NCBI GenBank assembly: GCA_022750455.1
Contig: JAKIVR010000001.1
Location: forward strand, 26,270-90,269
DNA from: Thermoplasmata archaeon
GTDB taxonomy: Archaea; Thermoplasmatota; Thermoplasmata; Lutacidiplasmatales; UBA184
Direction: 5' to 3'
Length of the DNA: 64,000 nucleotides
Part shown: positions 46,465-56,146 of the stretch, piece by piece
How positions within the stretch are numbered: the stretch's first letter is position 1
Layout: every line of letters begins with the position of its first letter
The notes under the pieces: generated by a model
Told to the model about the DNA's origin: nothing
What the model saw: only the letters and a program-made list of their open reading frames with translations
Database searches by the model: none
Translations under genes and position numbers: made by a program

Positions 46465-46919
46465 CACTCCACCTGGAGTACCGCCCGGGTGGCCGAATAG
46501 CTCCACGTCTCGGGGAGCACCTTGTGTTGCCGGTAATAGATTGCGAGGCGACGGATGCGCGACTCCATCAGGTTCAGTCCCCGGCGGTTCGCGAGATCCT
46601 TCGGATTCTGGCTGAGATGGCGCTGGAGCTTGACGACGCGCTTTAGGAGCGCCTCGATGTCCTCGGGGATGTCGCCCTTGATCCCGTTGTCGTGGAGAAG
46701 GGTGCCCAGGCGCTTGCCCGTGACGAGGCGGACGGAGGGGATCGCATACCCATCCCGCAGCTGCGCCCCGACCTGGGCGCTGGAGAGGCCGCTCTTGGCG
46801 AGCCGGACCGCCTGCTCCGTCGCCTCGTCCGCATCGACGGTGACCCACTCGGGGCGGGTCCACGGATACGGGCGCTGGGAGCCGGCACGGCCCCGGCGAC
46901 GGGAGTGGATGCGAGACAC
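46464..46919 (-). CDS. rps15: 30S ribosomal protein S15 (uS15, archaeal S15P/S13e)
   Basis: [20 protein letters not shown]...[37 protein letters not shown] is a typical archaeal S15 with a GTG start. Confidence 0.85.
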   Translation of the reverse strand: MSRIHSRRRGRAGSQRPYPWTRPEWVTVDADEATEQAVRLAKSGLSSAQVGAQLRDGYAIPSVRLVTGKRLGTLLHDNGIKGDIPEDIEALLKRVVKLQRHLSQNPKDLANRRGLNLMESRIRRLAIYYRQHKVLPETWSYSATRAVLQVE

Positions 46920-46942
46920 AAAGATTCGACGACCGTTGCGTA

Positions 46943-46952
46943 CTTAACGGTT
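46943..46952 (-). promoter_or_regulatory. AACCGTTAAG TATA-like element 24 nt upstream of the rps15 GTG
   Basis: The minus strand reads GAACCGTTAAGTACGCAACGG, sharing the 10-mer with the Sm-L37e upstream region. Confidence 0.4.
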
Positions 46953-47324
46953 CGCGCGCAAGGAGTTCTGACCACGTAGCAGGGCCGGCCGCGCCGCCTC
47001 TCCGGATCGGGCCGGGGACGGAACTCCGACGGAGGGAACGCCCTCCCCGCCGCTCCCGCCCAACCTACGTCTTTAAGCAACATGGCTATACCGCCGCAGG
47101 GAGGCCGTCGAGGTCCGGTGCGCCACGGAGAGTCCGACCTTCGGAACCCCAGCGTGGAAATTTCGGGAGACCGCCCGTTCCTGCGGACGATCCGGTCGCG
47201 CGCTCTGCGACGTTCCCGCTTCGCCTCGGCCCTCCGGCGTTCGGGTGCCCCGGTCCCCGTTCGATATCGTTCCGATCCGTGCGGTCCCCCGGCGATCTCG
47301 TCGACCCTCGTATGGGGGCGGATC

Positions 47325-50300
47325 CATGCACCGAGGGGATCGCGTCACGGTACGACCTGGCTGGGGGCGATCGTACTCACGCTCCTGCTGATCCTCTCCG
47401 GCCTCGCGTTCCTCGAGACAGCACCTCGCGGGGGGAGCGAGGCGAGCCCACCGGCTCCGTTCGTCCCCGCCCGCTCGATGGTGGCGACCCCCCCGAGCTC
47501 CCCCTCCGTAGCACCCATCGTCGAGCGTGCCGGCCCGACGTTTCCCTCCGCCATCGCGTGCGCGTTGGCGCCCGTTCCCGGTTGCCCGGCGCTGACCGAT
47601 CGCGCCCCCCTCGTGCCCCACCCCCTCGCCTCCGGCCCCTCGTCGTGGCTGAATCTCACACCGAACCCGTACCCCGTCTCCTACCCTTCGGCCCGGCTCG
47701 GCGCCGAAATGACGTACGATCCGGGCGACTCCCGCACGCTCCTGTTCGGCGGGCTCGGGAACGACTACGAGTTCGCGAACGACCTCTGGTCGTTCTCGGC
47801 GGGGAACTGGACGAACCTCACCGCCGCCTCCCCATGCTCCGCCACGAGCTGCCCCTCCCCCCGGGCGTACGCCGGCTTCGCCTACGACCTTCGCAACAAG
47901 GAGGCGGTCGTGTTCGGCGGCCTCGGGATCGTCGCGGGCCATCTCGCCGCGCTGGGGGACACCTGGGTCGACGCCCGCGGGGCGTGGACGAACGTCACCG
48001 CCACCGCCGGCACGCCCCCGTCGCCCCGGTTCGACGCCAGCATGAGCTACACGAGCGCTGAGGGCTACGTGGTGCTCTTCGGAGGCTCGACGATCAACAG
48101 CACGTTCCTCTCCGACACCTGGACGTTCGAGAACGGCCGGTGGTCGAACATCACGGCGAACGAGACCGACGAACCGGGAGCTCGGGCCGGCGCCGCCTTC
48201 GGTGATTCCCCGACCGGCTACGCGCTGCTGTTCGGAGGGTACGGTCCGGTCGGCTTGATCCAGCCTTCGACCGGGACGTGTGGGGAGTTCGCGCAGTACT
48301 GGTTCTCGGGCGGACAGTGGACCCATGCATCGATCTCTTGCGTGGAGTCCCCCCGCGGCCTGACCAGCGCGAACACCACCGGGGAACCGTGCGGCCGGGA
48401 AGGGGCGGCGCTGGCGTGGAGCCCGAAGAACCAGCATTTCGTCCTGTTCGGAGGGGACGGGATCGCGGGATCGGGATGCAACCCGACCGGCACCCTCGTG
48501 GCGCTGAACGATACCTACCTCTACCTCGGATCCCCCGGAGGCGCCTACGACCTCTGGCAGTCCGACATCTCGCCGGGCTGGCCCGCCGACCGGGAGGAGA
48601 TGGCGTACGCGCCCGATTACGCGGACGGCTACGTGGTCATCTTCGGGGGCACGATCGGGGGCGGCGGCCTCACCAACGAGACGTGGCGGTACTATGCCGC
48701 GGTCTCCGCTCTCTTCACCGGTCCGTTGGTGATCGAGAACAGTGCGACCAATCTCGGCTTCCCGATCTTCACCCTCACCGCGTTCGGAGGTTCCGGCAAC
48801 CTGGACTTCATCTTCAATACCACCGGGCTCCAGACCGGGAACCCACTGACGGGTTCGGCCGGCTGTTCCTTGTTCACCGACCAGGCCGGTCATCCGGCCC
48901 CAACGCAAGGCGTCGACGTGATTCGGTGCGCCCCGGCCCCCGGCGCCTACAACATCTACCGGCTCAGCGTCACCGTCTGGGACACGGAGCAGACGACGGC
49001 CCGGGCGTACGCGAACTGGACGTTCACGGCCGACCCGCCGGAGGCGCTCGACCTGTACTCCCAGTTCGCGGGGGCGTTCTACAACGGGATCTCGTTCACC
49101 GACCGATTCTCGGTCTACGCCCAGATCAACAACCAGCCGGTCACCCAGATCACGGGGTCGATTGGTCTCGGCCCCAACCTCAGCTTCTCCCACACCAGCT
49201 CGTCGGACTTCTGGTGGAACGCCTCGTACAACATGGACGAGGCCCCGGCCGGTGCCACCCTGTACGTCGTCGTCGAGAGCGACAACTGGCAGGAGAATGC
49301 GAGCCTGGCGCTCAACGTCGTCAACACCCCGTCGTTCATCACGAACTTCGTCAACGATCCGGGCGTCGTCCAGCAGGAGAAGTCGGTCGGATCCGGGCCG
49401 TTCAACGAGAACTACAGCCTCACGCAGTCGATCGCGATCTCGCTCTCCGCGTTCAGCGTCACGGTCCCGAAGAGCGTCCCGCTCCTCAGTGGCCTCTTCT
49501 CCCTGCTCCCGTCGATGACGGTGACGTTCTACGAGTCGAGCGCCGGGACCGTGATGATCTCGGGCGTCCTCGGGGAATCGCTGCCGGCGATCGACCTCGT
49601 CGGCGGCAGTCTCACGATCTCGGCGTCGCTGAACCTAAGCGGGACGCTCTCCATCACCAACTCGAACGGCGTCGAGAGCATCGACTGGGTCACCGCCAGC
49701 CTGACCGTCCAGATCAAGGGGGACTTCCAGGCGAGCATTCCGATCTACGGGTACACGTTCGACCTCTTCGGCGTGCCAGTCACCATCGGCTTCAGCCTGA
49801 CGATCGACGTCGCGCCGACCATCGCGCTGCAGATGGTGATGGCCCCGGCGAACTCCTCCGCGACGGCGATCGCCGACGGGTTCAACTTCACGATCGTCCA
49901 ACTCCTCGGGGATTTCTCGCTTCCCATCACGGCCGCCATCAACTTCGGGGTCGGGGTCGCCTCGGTCGCCGTCGGCGGCACGTTGACGTTCGACGTGGCG
50001 TTCGGGATCGCGCCCGGCCCGTTCGGTCCGACCGGATTATGGATCAACGGCACGTTGTTCGCCATGGTCCAGGTGCTCTTCTGGAGCGCCACCTGGAACT
50101 TCCTCGGACCGGCCGTCATCTACCACTCGTCGCCGGGGCAAGGGGAGGCGCCACGGTCGGAGGGGGCGCAACCGGCCACCTACGACAACGGCTCGGACGC
50201 GAGCTGGCAGCTCGATCCCCGGAGCTACAACGGGACCGGCTACGACCGCCTCCTCTGGTCCTCCCTGAACTCCTCGGGGGTCGCGATCTCCGACATCTAT

Positions 50301-51584
50301 CCGCACACGTCCTTCGCAGCCGCGAGCGCGTACGGGGGCGCCACTCTGTTCTACTCCAATGACCAGGTCGACCAACCCGTCCGCTCGGGGCTGGCGATCT
50401 CCGGTCTCCAGATCAACGCGAGCAACAACGTCGCCACGGCCCTCCCGTCCCCGGTCGATCCGGGGTTCATCGTCACGGCCCCCCACAGTTCGGCGATGCC
50501 CGACGGAAGCGACTACGTCCTCTGGAGCGCACTTCCCACCTCCCAGGCCGGCGGCCCCTCTCCGGTGGGGATCACCACCCTCGCGCTCCACGGGGCGCGG
50601 TACGACCCGCGAAATGAGAGCTGGGGGCCGGTCCACCAGTTCACCGCCTCCGAGATCGTCCAATCGTCCGGGATCGACACCTCGGGTCCCTCCCCGACGG
50701 TGGTCGCGCTCGTCGCCCCCGGCCTCAGCCCGACGCCGTCGAGCCCGGAGTGGCTGCTCAGCTTCAACGTCACCACCGGCGCCGAGATCTCCAACGCCTC
50801 GGTCCACGGGTACGCGACAATCGTCTCCGTACGCGGGGCCTCCGGTAGCATCCCCGGACGCGCGGTGTTGCAGCTCGTCGCCGGCAACGACTCCCTCCTG
50901 AACCTCGCCGAAGGCTCCGTGCAGGGCGTCGGGTACACGCCGCCCGACAACTCGACCTTGGTCGAGGAGCAGAACGTCGAGGGCAGCGCGACGGCCCTCC
51001 TGCTCCGGTATCGGCAGACCCAGTTGGAGATCGCCGTCCTGTACGATCCGGCCACGAGCCGGACGGTGGCGGTCCTGCCGCTTTCGGGAAGCGTCACGGA
51101 TGCGGAGGCGCTCGCGTCCGGGGGCAGCTTCTACGTGTACGTCGCCAACGGGACCGGGTTCTCGGGCTGGGAGGTCGGCCCCACGGGCGCCGTGACCCCG
51201 CTCCTTCCGGTCGACGTCTCGGGCCTCAACGGATTCGGGATGACGCAGGTCGGGAGCTCCCTGTTGCTCTATGCGCTCGTGCCCGAGGCCGGGGGCGCCC
51301 CGGGGAGCCGCTCGTTGTTCCTCACCGAGGTCGGGGTCGGTCTGCCGGCGCTGACCGCCGGAGCGCCCGCCTCGAGCACGGGGACGAGCCTGCCGCCGGC
51401 CGCGTCCTCTCCGTCACCGTTCAACTGGGCGCTGTGGCTCGGCGTGCCGATCGTCGCCGCCGTGGTCGCGCTCACGACGATCGTCATCCTTCGGAGGCGT
51501 CCACCGACCGCGCCCGCGGCCGCACCACCGTCCGGAGCGACCGCGCCGGAAGCGCCGTTGGGACCGCCTCCGGGTCCGGGGTGA
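47325..51584 (+). CDS. Large secreted Kelch-repeat (galactose-oxidase-like beta-propeller) protein with a C-terminal TM anchor; an apparent 1-nt frameshift separates its signal peptide from its body
   Basis: The body has repeated LLFGG/VLFGG/VVFGG Kelch blocks and a Ser/Ala/Pro-rich stalk. It ends with a hydrophobic anchor (WALWLGVPIVAAVVALTTIVILRRRP) and a Pro/Ala tail. The ATG at 47325 (another frame) encodes MHRGDRVTVRPGWG and then hits a stop. Deleting one G from GGGGG (47363-47367) yields the signal peptide MHRGDRVTVRPGWGAIVLTLLLILSGLAFLETAP. The track start at 47082 is probably spurious read-through. Confidence 0.6.
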   Translation, partial: HAPRGSRHGTTWLGAIVLTLLLILSGLAFLETAPRGGSEASPPAPFVPARSMVATPPSSPSVAPIVERAGPTFPSAIACALAPVPGCPALTDRAPLVPHPLASGPSSWLNLTPNPYPVSYPSARLGAEMTYDPGDSRTLLFGGLGNDYEFANDLWSFSAGNWTNLTAASPCSATSCPSPRAYAGFAYDLRNKEAVVFGGLGIVAGHLAALGDTWVDARGAWTNVTATAGTPPSPRFDASMSYTSAEGYVVLFGGSTINSTFLSDTWTFENGRWSNITANETDEPGARAGAAFGDSPTGYALLFGGYGPVGLIQPSTGTCGEFAQYWFSGGQWTHASISCVESPRGLTSANTTGEPCGREGAALAWSPKNQHFVLFGGDGIAGSGCNPTGTLVALNDTYLYLGSPGGAYDLWQSDISPGWPADREEMAYAPDYADGYVVIFGGTIGGGGLTNETWRYYAAVSALFTGPLVIENSATNLGFPIFTLTAFGGSGNLDFIFNTTGLQTGNPLTGSAGCSLFTDQAGHPAPTQGVDVIRCAPAPGAYNIYRLSVTVWDTEQTTARAYANWTFTADPPEALDLYSQFAGAFYNGISFTDRFSVYAQINNQPVTQITGSIGLGPNLSFSHTSSSDFWWNASYNMDEAPAGATLYVVVESDNWQENASLALNVVNTPSFITNFVNDPGVVQQEKSVGSGPFNENYSLTQSIAISLSAFSVTVPKSVPLLSGLFSLLPSMTVTFYESSAGTVMISGVLGESLPAIDLVGGSLTISASLNLSGTLSITNSNGVESIDWVTASLTVQIKGDFQASIPIYGYTFDLFGVPVTIGFSLTIDVAPTIALQMVMAPANSSATAIADGFNFTIVQLLGDFSLPITAAINFGVGVASVAVGGTLTFDVAFGIAPGPFGPTGLWINGTLFAMVQVLFWSATWNFLGPAVIYHSSPGQGEAPRSEGAQPATYDNGSDASWQLDPRSYNGTGYDRLLWSSLNSSGVAISDIYPHTSFAAASAYGGATLFYSNDQVDQPVRSGLAISGLQINASNNVATALPSPVDPGFIVTAPHSSAMPDGSDYVLWSALPTSQAGGPSPVGITTLALHGARYDPRNESWGPVHQFTASEIVQSSGIDTSGPSPTVVALVAPGLSPTPSSPEWLLSFNVTTGAEISNASVHGYATIVSVRGASGSIPGRAVLQLVAGNDSLLNLAEGSVQGVGYTPPDNSTLVEEQNVEGSATALLLRYRQTQLEIAVLYDPATSRTVAVLPLSGSVTDAEALASGGSFYVYVANGTGFSGWEVGPTGAVTPLLPVDVSGLNGFGMTQVGSSLLLYALVPEAGGAPGSRSLFLTEVGVGLPALTAGAPASSTGTSLPPAASSPSPFNWALWLGVPIVAAVVALTTIVILRRRPPTAPAAAPPSGATAPEAPLGPPPGPG

Positions 51585-51588
51585 GACG

Positions 51589-53652
51589 ATGATCTCTCAC
51601 TGGTCCGGACATCTGCTCGTGGCCGTTGCGACCCTCGCCCTCTTGGTCGGGTCGGGCGTGCCGCTCCCGGGCGCACCGAACGCGACGTTCACAGCTCCTC
51701 TCCACGCCGCGGCACCGACGCAACTCGGGATTCCCCCACCGCCGCCACCGCCGCCGCCCGCTCCGGCGATCGTGCAGACCGAGGGTCTCGCCTGGATCGA
51801 TCTGACGCACTCCGGACCCGGCCACGCCCCGCCCGCCTCCGCGGGGTCGTCGCTCGCCTACGACGCCGCGGATGCCGAGTGGGTCGAGTTCGGGGGGTGC
51901 GGAGTTCCGCGGTGCCCCCTCAACGACACGTGGGTGTTCCGGGACGGCGGTTGGCAGAACGTCACGCGCGGGGGACCGTCCCCGCCGGCGCGCGCAGGGG
52001 CCTCCATGGATTACGACGCGAACGCGCAGGGCATCCTGCTGTTCGGGGGACTCGGGACCTCCGGCGCCCTGAACGACACGTGGCTGTTCCGCGACGGACT
52101 ATGGACGAACGAGACGTACCTCGGAAACGCGCCCTCGTCGCGCGAAGAGGCGGATCTCGTCTTCGACCCGGAACCCGAGACCAACGGTTCGCTCCTCTTC
52201 GGAGGATGCCAGGCCCAATTGTACCCCTTCCCCTGCTTCAACGACACGTGGGTCTGGAATCCCGGAGCCGGTTGGGTGGAGCTCTCCGCGGGGGCAGCGC
52301 CTCCGGCCCGCGGCGGCGGCATGATGGCCTATGATGCCGCGGACGGCTACGTCGTTCTCTTTGGCGGCTGGTACGGGTGCGGCTTGTCGATCTGCAACGA
52401 CAACGACACCTGGGAGTACTACTCCGGCCAGTGGTGGCCGGTCGACCCGGCCGGCCCGGTCCCGAGCGCGCGCGATTCGGGAGCGATGACGTTCGACGCC
52501 GCCTTGGGTGGCGTGCTGTTGTTCGGCGGCCTGAACGAATCGACGCTGACGGACACGAACGACAGCTGGGAGTTCTCGCAGGGAGGCTGGAGCGAGCTCT
52601 CGACGTCCCAATCCCCCCCGGGCCGGGATTCGGTCGGGCTGTCGGTCGACTCGTCCGACGTCCCGCCTCTGCTCTTCGGGGGGAATGAGTACCCCGCCGG
52701 GACCCCCCTCAACGATACCTGGGTGTTCGAACCGGCTCTCGGGGCCGGGATCTCCGGCGCCCCGGCCCACGCCGTGGAAGCCGGCTCGACCATCCTCCTT
52801 GAGGTCGCCGTGGTGGGCGGGAGCGCTCCGTACGCCGTCACGATCGACTTCGGCGACGGACACGACTCGGCGGCGGCGGGCCCCGGGCCGATGTTCGAGT
52901 TCCCTGCTACCTACGACAGCGTGCAGAACTGCACGGTCCGGGTGAACGTCACCGATTCGGTCGGCGTCAACATCTCCGCCACGGCGCCGGTGACGGTGAT
53001 GCGGGGCCCGAGCGTCCAGATCTCGACAGCCACCGTCTCGGGCGACGTCGGCGTCCCCGCCCATTTCACTGGCACCCCGGGAAACGGCTCGCCTTTGCTG
53101 TTGAACTACTCCTGGTCGTTCGGCGACGGAACCCCTCCCGAGACGGGCCCGATCGTGTCGCATATCTTCTCTCTCGCGGGCCCGTACGCCGTCGAGCTCG
53201 GCGCGAACGATGCGGCCGGAACTCCGGCTTCGACCGAGCTCCTCTTCGTCGTCGCGCCCAACCCCACGGTGACGATCAGTGCCACCCCGACGGGACCGGT
53301 CGTCGGGGTTCCGCTCTCGTTCATCGCGAACGTTTCGGGCGGAACGGCTCCGTTCCAGTATACGTGGTCGTTCGGCGACGGCGCCTCGGCGGGCTCCCCC
53401 GGGCCTTCCCACGTCTACGCCACTTCCGGCACCTTCCAAGTGCAGTTGTGGGTGAACGACTCCGCCGGCGGCTCGGCCCACTCCGTTTCGACCCTCTCTG
53501 TGGCGGGCAGCTCCTCGTCGGGCCCGGGACCCTCGCCCGGTTCGGGATCGACCCCGATTCCGTCGGACTATTGGATCGCCCTCGGAGCCGTGGTCGGCCT
53601 CACCCTCGTGGCGGCGGCGGTCCTCCTCTGGAAGCGTCCTCCCCGGCCCTAG
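51589..53652 (+). CDS. Secreted Kelch-repeat protein with PKD domains and a C-terminal TM anchor
   Basis: Signal peptide MISHWSGHLLVAVATLALLVGSGVPLPGAP, followed by a PPPPPPPPAPA linker. It has Kelch blocks (LLFGG, VLFGG, LLFGG) and PKD signatures (YSWSFGDGTP, YTWSFGDGAS), and ends YWIALGAVVGLTLVAAAVLLWKRPPRP. Confidence 0.75.
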   Translation: MISHWSGHLLVAVATLALLVGSGVPLPGAPNATFTAPLHAAAPTQLGIPPPPPPPPPAPAIVQTEGLAWIDLTHSGPGHAPPASAGSSLAYDAADAEWVEFGGCGVPRCPLNDTWVFRDGGWQNVTRGGPSPPARAGASMDYDANAQGILLFGGLGTSGALNDTWLFRDGLWTNETYLGNAPSSREEADLVFDPEPETNGSLLFGGCQAQLYPFPCFNDTWVWNPGAGWVELSAGAAPPARGGGMMAYDAADGYVVLFGGWYGCGLSICNDNDTWEYYSGQWWPVDPAGPVPSARDSGAMTFDAALGGVLLFGGLNESTLTDTNDSWEFSQGGWSELSTSQSPPGRDSVGLSVDSSDVPPLLFGGNEYPAGTPLNDTWVFEPALGAGISGAPAHAVEAGSTILLEVAVVGGSAPYAVTIDFGDGHDSAAAGPGPMFEFPATYDSVQNCTVRVNVTDSVGVNISATAPVTVMRGPSVQISTATVSGDVGVPAHFTGTPGNGSPLLLNYSWSFGDGTPPETGPIVSHIFSLAGPYAVELGANDAAGTPASTELLFVVAPNPTVTISATPTGPVVGVPLSFIANVSGGTAPFQYTWSFGDGASAGSPGPSHVYATSGTFQVQLWVNDSAGGSAHSVSTLSVAGSSSSGPGPSPGSGSTPIPSDYWIALGAVVGLTLVAAAVLLWKRPPRP

Positions 53653-53777
53653 CGCGGACGACGCGCCCTCGGTCCACGACGGGGATCACGCCCCGAAGCT
53701 CCCGCTCCGGACGATCCACGACCGACGCCACGAAGGTCGGGATCGCGAACGGCAGGCCCTGAACCATCCGCGCCGGA

Positions 53778-54143
53778 TCAGGCGATCCGACCGGAGTCTT
53801 CCATGAACTTCGTCAGGAAGACCTTGCCGGCCGCCGTGATCTGGTAGCGGGTCTCGACCGTCCGCTGCCGGCCCCACGAGTAGGCGGCGTTGGTGGCCGG
53901 TTGGACCATTCCGTTCGTGACGAGCAGTCCCAGGGCGCGGGCGATCGTCACCTTCCCCTCGCTCACCGCCCAGAACTTGGCCAACCGGGTCTCCAGCTCC
54001 TTCAGCTCCATCGCCTGCTCGGCGAGCTGGCCTTCGTTGTCGTTCTCCTGACGGTTCAGGTACCGGAGGATCTCCGCGAACGTGGCGCGCCACGGGTCCT
54101 CGTCGCCGCCGGCCGGCACCTGGGGGTACGGGGCGTTCGCCAT
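53778..54143 (-). CDS. Small winged-helix DNA-binding protein (hypothetical regulator)
   Basis: MANAPYPQVP...FAEILRYLNRQENDNEGQLAEQAMELKELETRLAKFWAVSEGKVTIARALGLLVTNGMVQPATNAAYSWGRQRTVETRYQITAAGKVFLTKF has a PadR/MarR-like wHTH character. About 121 aa. Confidence 0.5.
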   Translation of the reverse strand: MANAPYPQVPAGGDEDPWRATFAEILRYLNRQENDNEGQLAEQAMELKELETRLAKFWAVSEGKVTIARALGLLVTNGMVQPATNAAYSWGRQRTVETRYQITAAGKVFLTKFMEDSGRIA

Positions 54144-54211
54144 TCTACGGCAACGAGCGTCGAAGGCGTATATGTGCACCATGCCCGAGCGGGGCGGAAC
54201 CGGCAAAGGGG

Positions 54212-54547
54212 ATGTACCCCCTCTTCCGATACCTGAGCATGGCGTGCACGTGCCGGCTGCCGGCCCGATGCAGCGTGTGCAACACGCCCATCCGGGTCCC
54301 GCTCTCGAACCTGGAGAGCTCGAGCGGAGCGGCGCTCATGCTCGACAAGTTCGCCCGCCGCGACTCGACGGCGAGCCGGGAGGGCCTTCATCGTCTCATC
54401 GAGGGGAACACCCGTTGTCCGCACTGCGGCCACACGGTGACGCACTTGCACTCGCGCAGCTGCGTCGCGGCGTACCTCGCCCAGATCGGGGTGCCCCCGA
54501 ACGAGGCCGCCCAGCTCCTGCAGCGCACCACGTTCCCTGAGGGGTAG
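54212..54547 (+). CDS. Cys-rich small protein (putative zinc finger) immediately upstream of trpS
   Basis: Seven Cys arranged as ACTCRLPARCSVC...CPHCGHTVTHLHSRSC. The TAG stop lies 6 nt before the trpS GTG. The start may instead be at M10. Confidence 0.4.
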   Translation: MYPLFRYLSMACTCRLPARCSVCNTPIRVPLSNLESSSGAALMLDKFARRDSTASREGLHRLIEGNTRCPHCGHTVTHLHSRSCVAAYLAQIGVPPNEAAQLLQRTTFPEG

Positions 54548-54553
54548 TTCGCC

Positions 54554-55735
54554 GTGCCCAACCCGCCGGAGAAGTTCGTCGTCACGCCCTTCGAGGTGCG
54601 GGGGACGATCGACTACGACCGTCTGCGCACGCTGTTCGGGACCCAGGAGCTGACTTCGGAGCTCCTCGACCGCCTCCGCCGGATCTCGGGGGCTCCGCTG
54701 CCCCCGACCCTCGAGCGCGGCGTCTACTACTCCCACCGGGACCTGGCCGAGCTCCTGACCGGCTACGAGCAAGGGCGACGGTTCTTCCTCTACTCCGGCC
54801 GCGGCCCATCCGGGCCGATGCATCTCGCCCACCTGATCCCGTTCGAACTGTGCCAGTGGTTCCAGGAGAAGCTGCACGTACCGATGTACGTCCAGGTCAC
54901 CGACGACGAGAAGTTCTGGCTGCGGCCGGCGCTCGATCGCGCCACGACGTACCAGTGGGGGATGGAGAACCTCCTCGACATCCTCGCCGTCGGGTTCGAC
55001 CCGAAGCGAACCCGGGTCTTCTTCGATACCCGCTCGGTGGGTACGATGTACTCGCTCGCGGTCGACGTCGCGAAGAAGATCCCGTACTCGACGGTCAAGG
55101 CGGTGTTCGGATTTCCGCCGAGCACGAACATCGGCCTCGTCTTCTACACGGCGATGCAGACCGTCCCCTGCTTCTACCCGTCGTGGAGGACGGGGACCCA
55201 GGTCCCGTGCCTCATCCCGTGCGGGATCGATCAGGATCCGCACTTCCGGATCACCCGCGACCTCGCCGAGGCGCTCGGCTACCCGAAGCCGGCCCTTCTC
55301 CACAGCCAGATCATCCCGGGGCTCTCGGGCGGGAAGATGTCGAGCGGTTCCGGGGAGAAGGACAACGCGGTGTTCCTCAACGATCCACCCGAACAGGTCG
55401 AGCGGAAGCTCAAACGCGCCTTCACCGGGGGCCGGGCGAGCATCGAAGAGCAGCGGCGGCTCGGGGCGACGCCGGAGATCTGCTCTGTGTGGGCGCTGTG
55501 GCGCTCCAAGTTCGCCAAGGACGAGCCCGAGTTCCAGCAGATCACGAACGACTGTCGATCGGGGGCTCTGCTCTGCGGCGATTGCAAATCGAACCTCATT
55601 GCCAGGGTGAATCCGTTCCTCGAAGAGCACCAGAAGCGTCGCGAGATCGTCCGACCGATCGCGGAGTCGCTGATCCTCGAGCCGGCGCCCGGATCGACGG
55701 GTCCCCACGGGGGACCGCCGCTCCCCTCGCCCTGA
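54554..55735 (+). CDS. trpS: Tryptophanyl-tRNA synthetase, archaeal/eukaryotic type
   Basis: YSGRGPSGPMHLAHLIPF (HIGH-like motif), GKMSSGSGE (KMSKS-like) and CGDCK are present. GTG start, 393 aa. Confidence 0.85.
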   Translation: MPNPPEKFVVTPFEVRGTIDYDRLRTLFGTQELTSELLDRLRRISGAPLPPTLERGVYYSHRDLAELLTGYEQGRRFFLYSGRGPSGPMHLAHLIPFELCQWFQEKLHVPMYVQVTDDEKFWLRPALDRATTYQWGMENLLDILAVGFDPKRTRVFFDTRSVGTMYSLAVDVAKKIPYSTVKAVFGFPPSTNIGLVFYTAMQTVPCFYPSWRTGTQVPCLIPCGIDQDPHFRITRDLAEALGYPKPALLHSQIIPGLSGGKMSSGSGEKDNAVFLNDPPEQVERKLKRAFTGGRASIEEQRRLGATPEICSVWALWRSKFAKDEPEFQQITNDCRSGALLCGDCKSNLIARVNPFLEEHQKRREIVRPIAESLILEPAPGSTGPHGGPPLPSP

Positions 55736-55792
55736 GCGGACTCCGCGGCTCCCGGGAAACGGTCTTGAAGCGCCGGTGTCGTAGCTCCGCGG

Positions 55793-56146
55793 ATGTCCTG
55801 TATCGAATCCCAACTCACACAGATGGTCCCGGCCATCGAACGACAGCTGAAGCCGGTCCTCTTTCTCGCGGGAGGGTACCTCCCCCAGGCCTGGGTCTTC
55901 CAAACGGCCGAGGAGACGGCCTCGATCGTGGTCGAGAAGAGCGGCAAGGTCCGGGCGATGGCGGGGGCGGCGCCGCATCCGGACGTGACGATCGAAACGG
56001 ACCACGATCGCCTCGCCATCGCGTTGCGGACCCGGGACTCTCACCAGGTCCCCCCGGGGCCTCCCCCCAAGGTCACCTTCCATTCGGACAAGGGCAAGTT
56101 GGCGTTCGAGTTCCTCAAGGGCCGGTTCGGCCTGTCGGCGTCGTAG
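55793..56146 (+). CDS. Hypothetical protein, possibly SCP2-like
   Basis: 117 aa, protein-like composition (…PDVTIETDHDRLAIAL…KVTFHSDKGKLAFEFLKGRF). Family assignment is tentative. Confidence 0.4.
   Translation: MSCIESQLTQMVPAIERQLKPVLFLAGGYLPQAWVFQTAEETASIVVEKSGKVRAMAGAAPHPDVTIETDHDRLAIALRTRDSHQVPPGPPPKVTFHSDKGKLAFEFLKGRFGLSAS

Noticed and set aside
47073-50362. 706-aa minus-strand and 694-aa plus-strand ORFs inside the Kelch gene
   Set aside because: Alternative frames of the Kelch-repeat CDS with no protein-like motifs.
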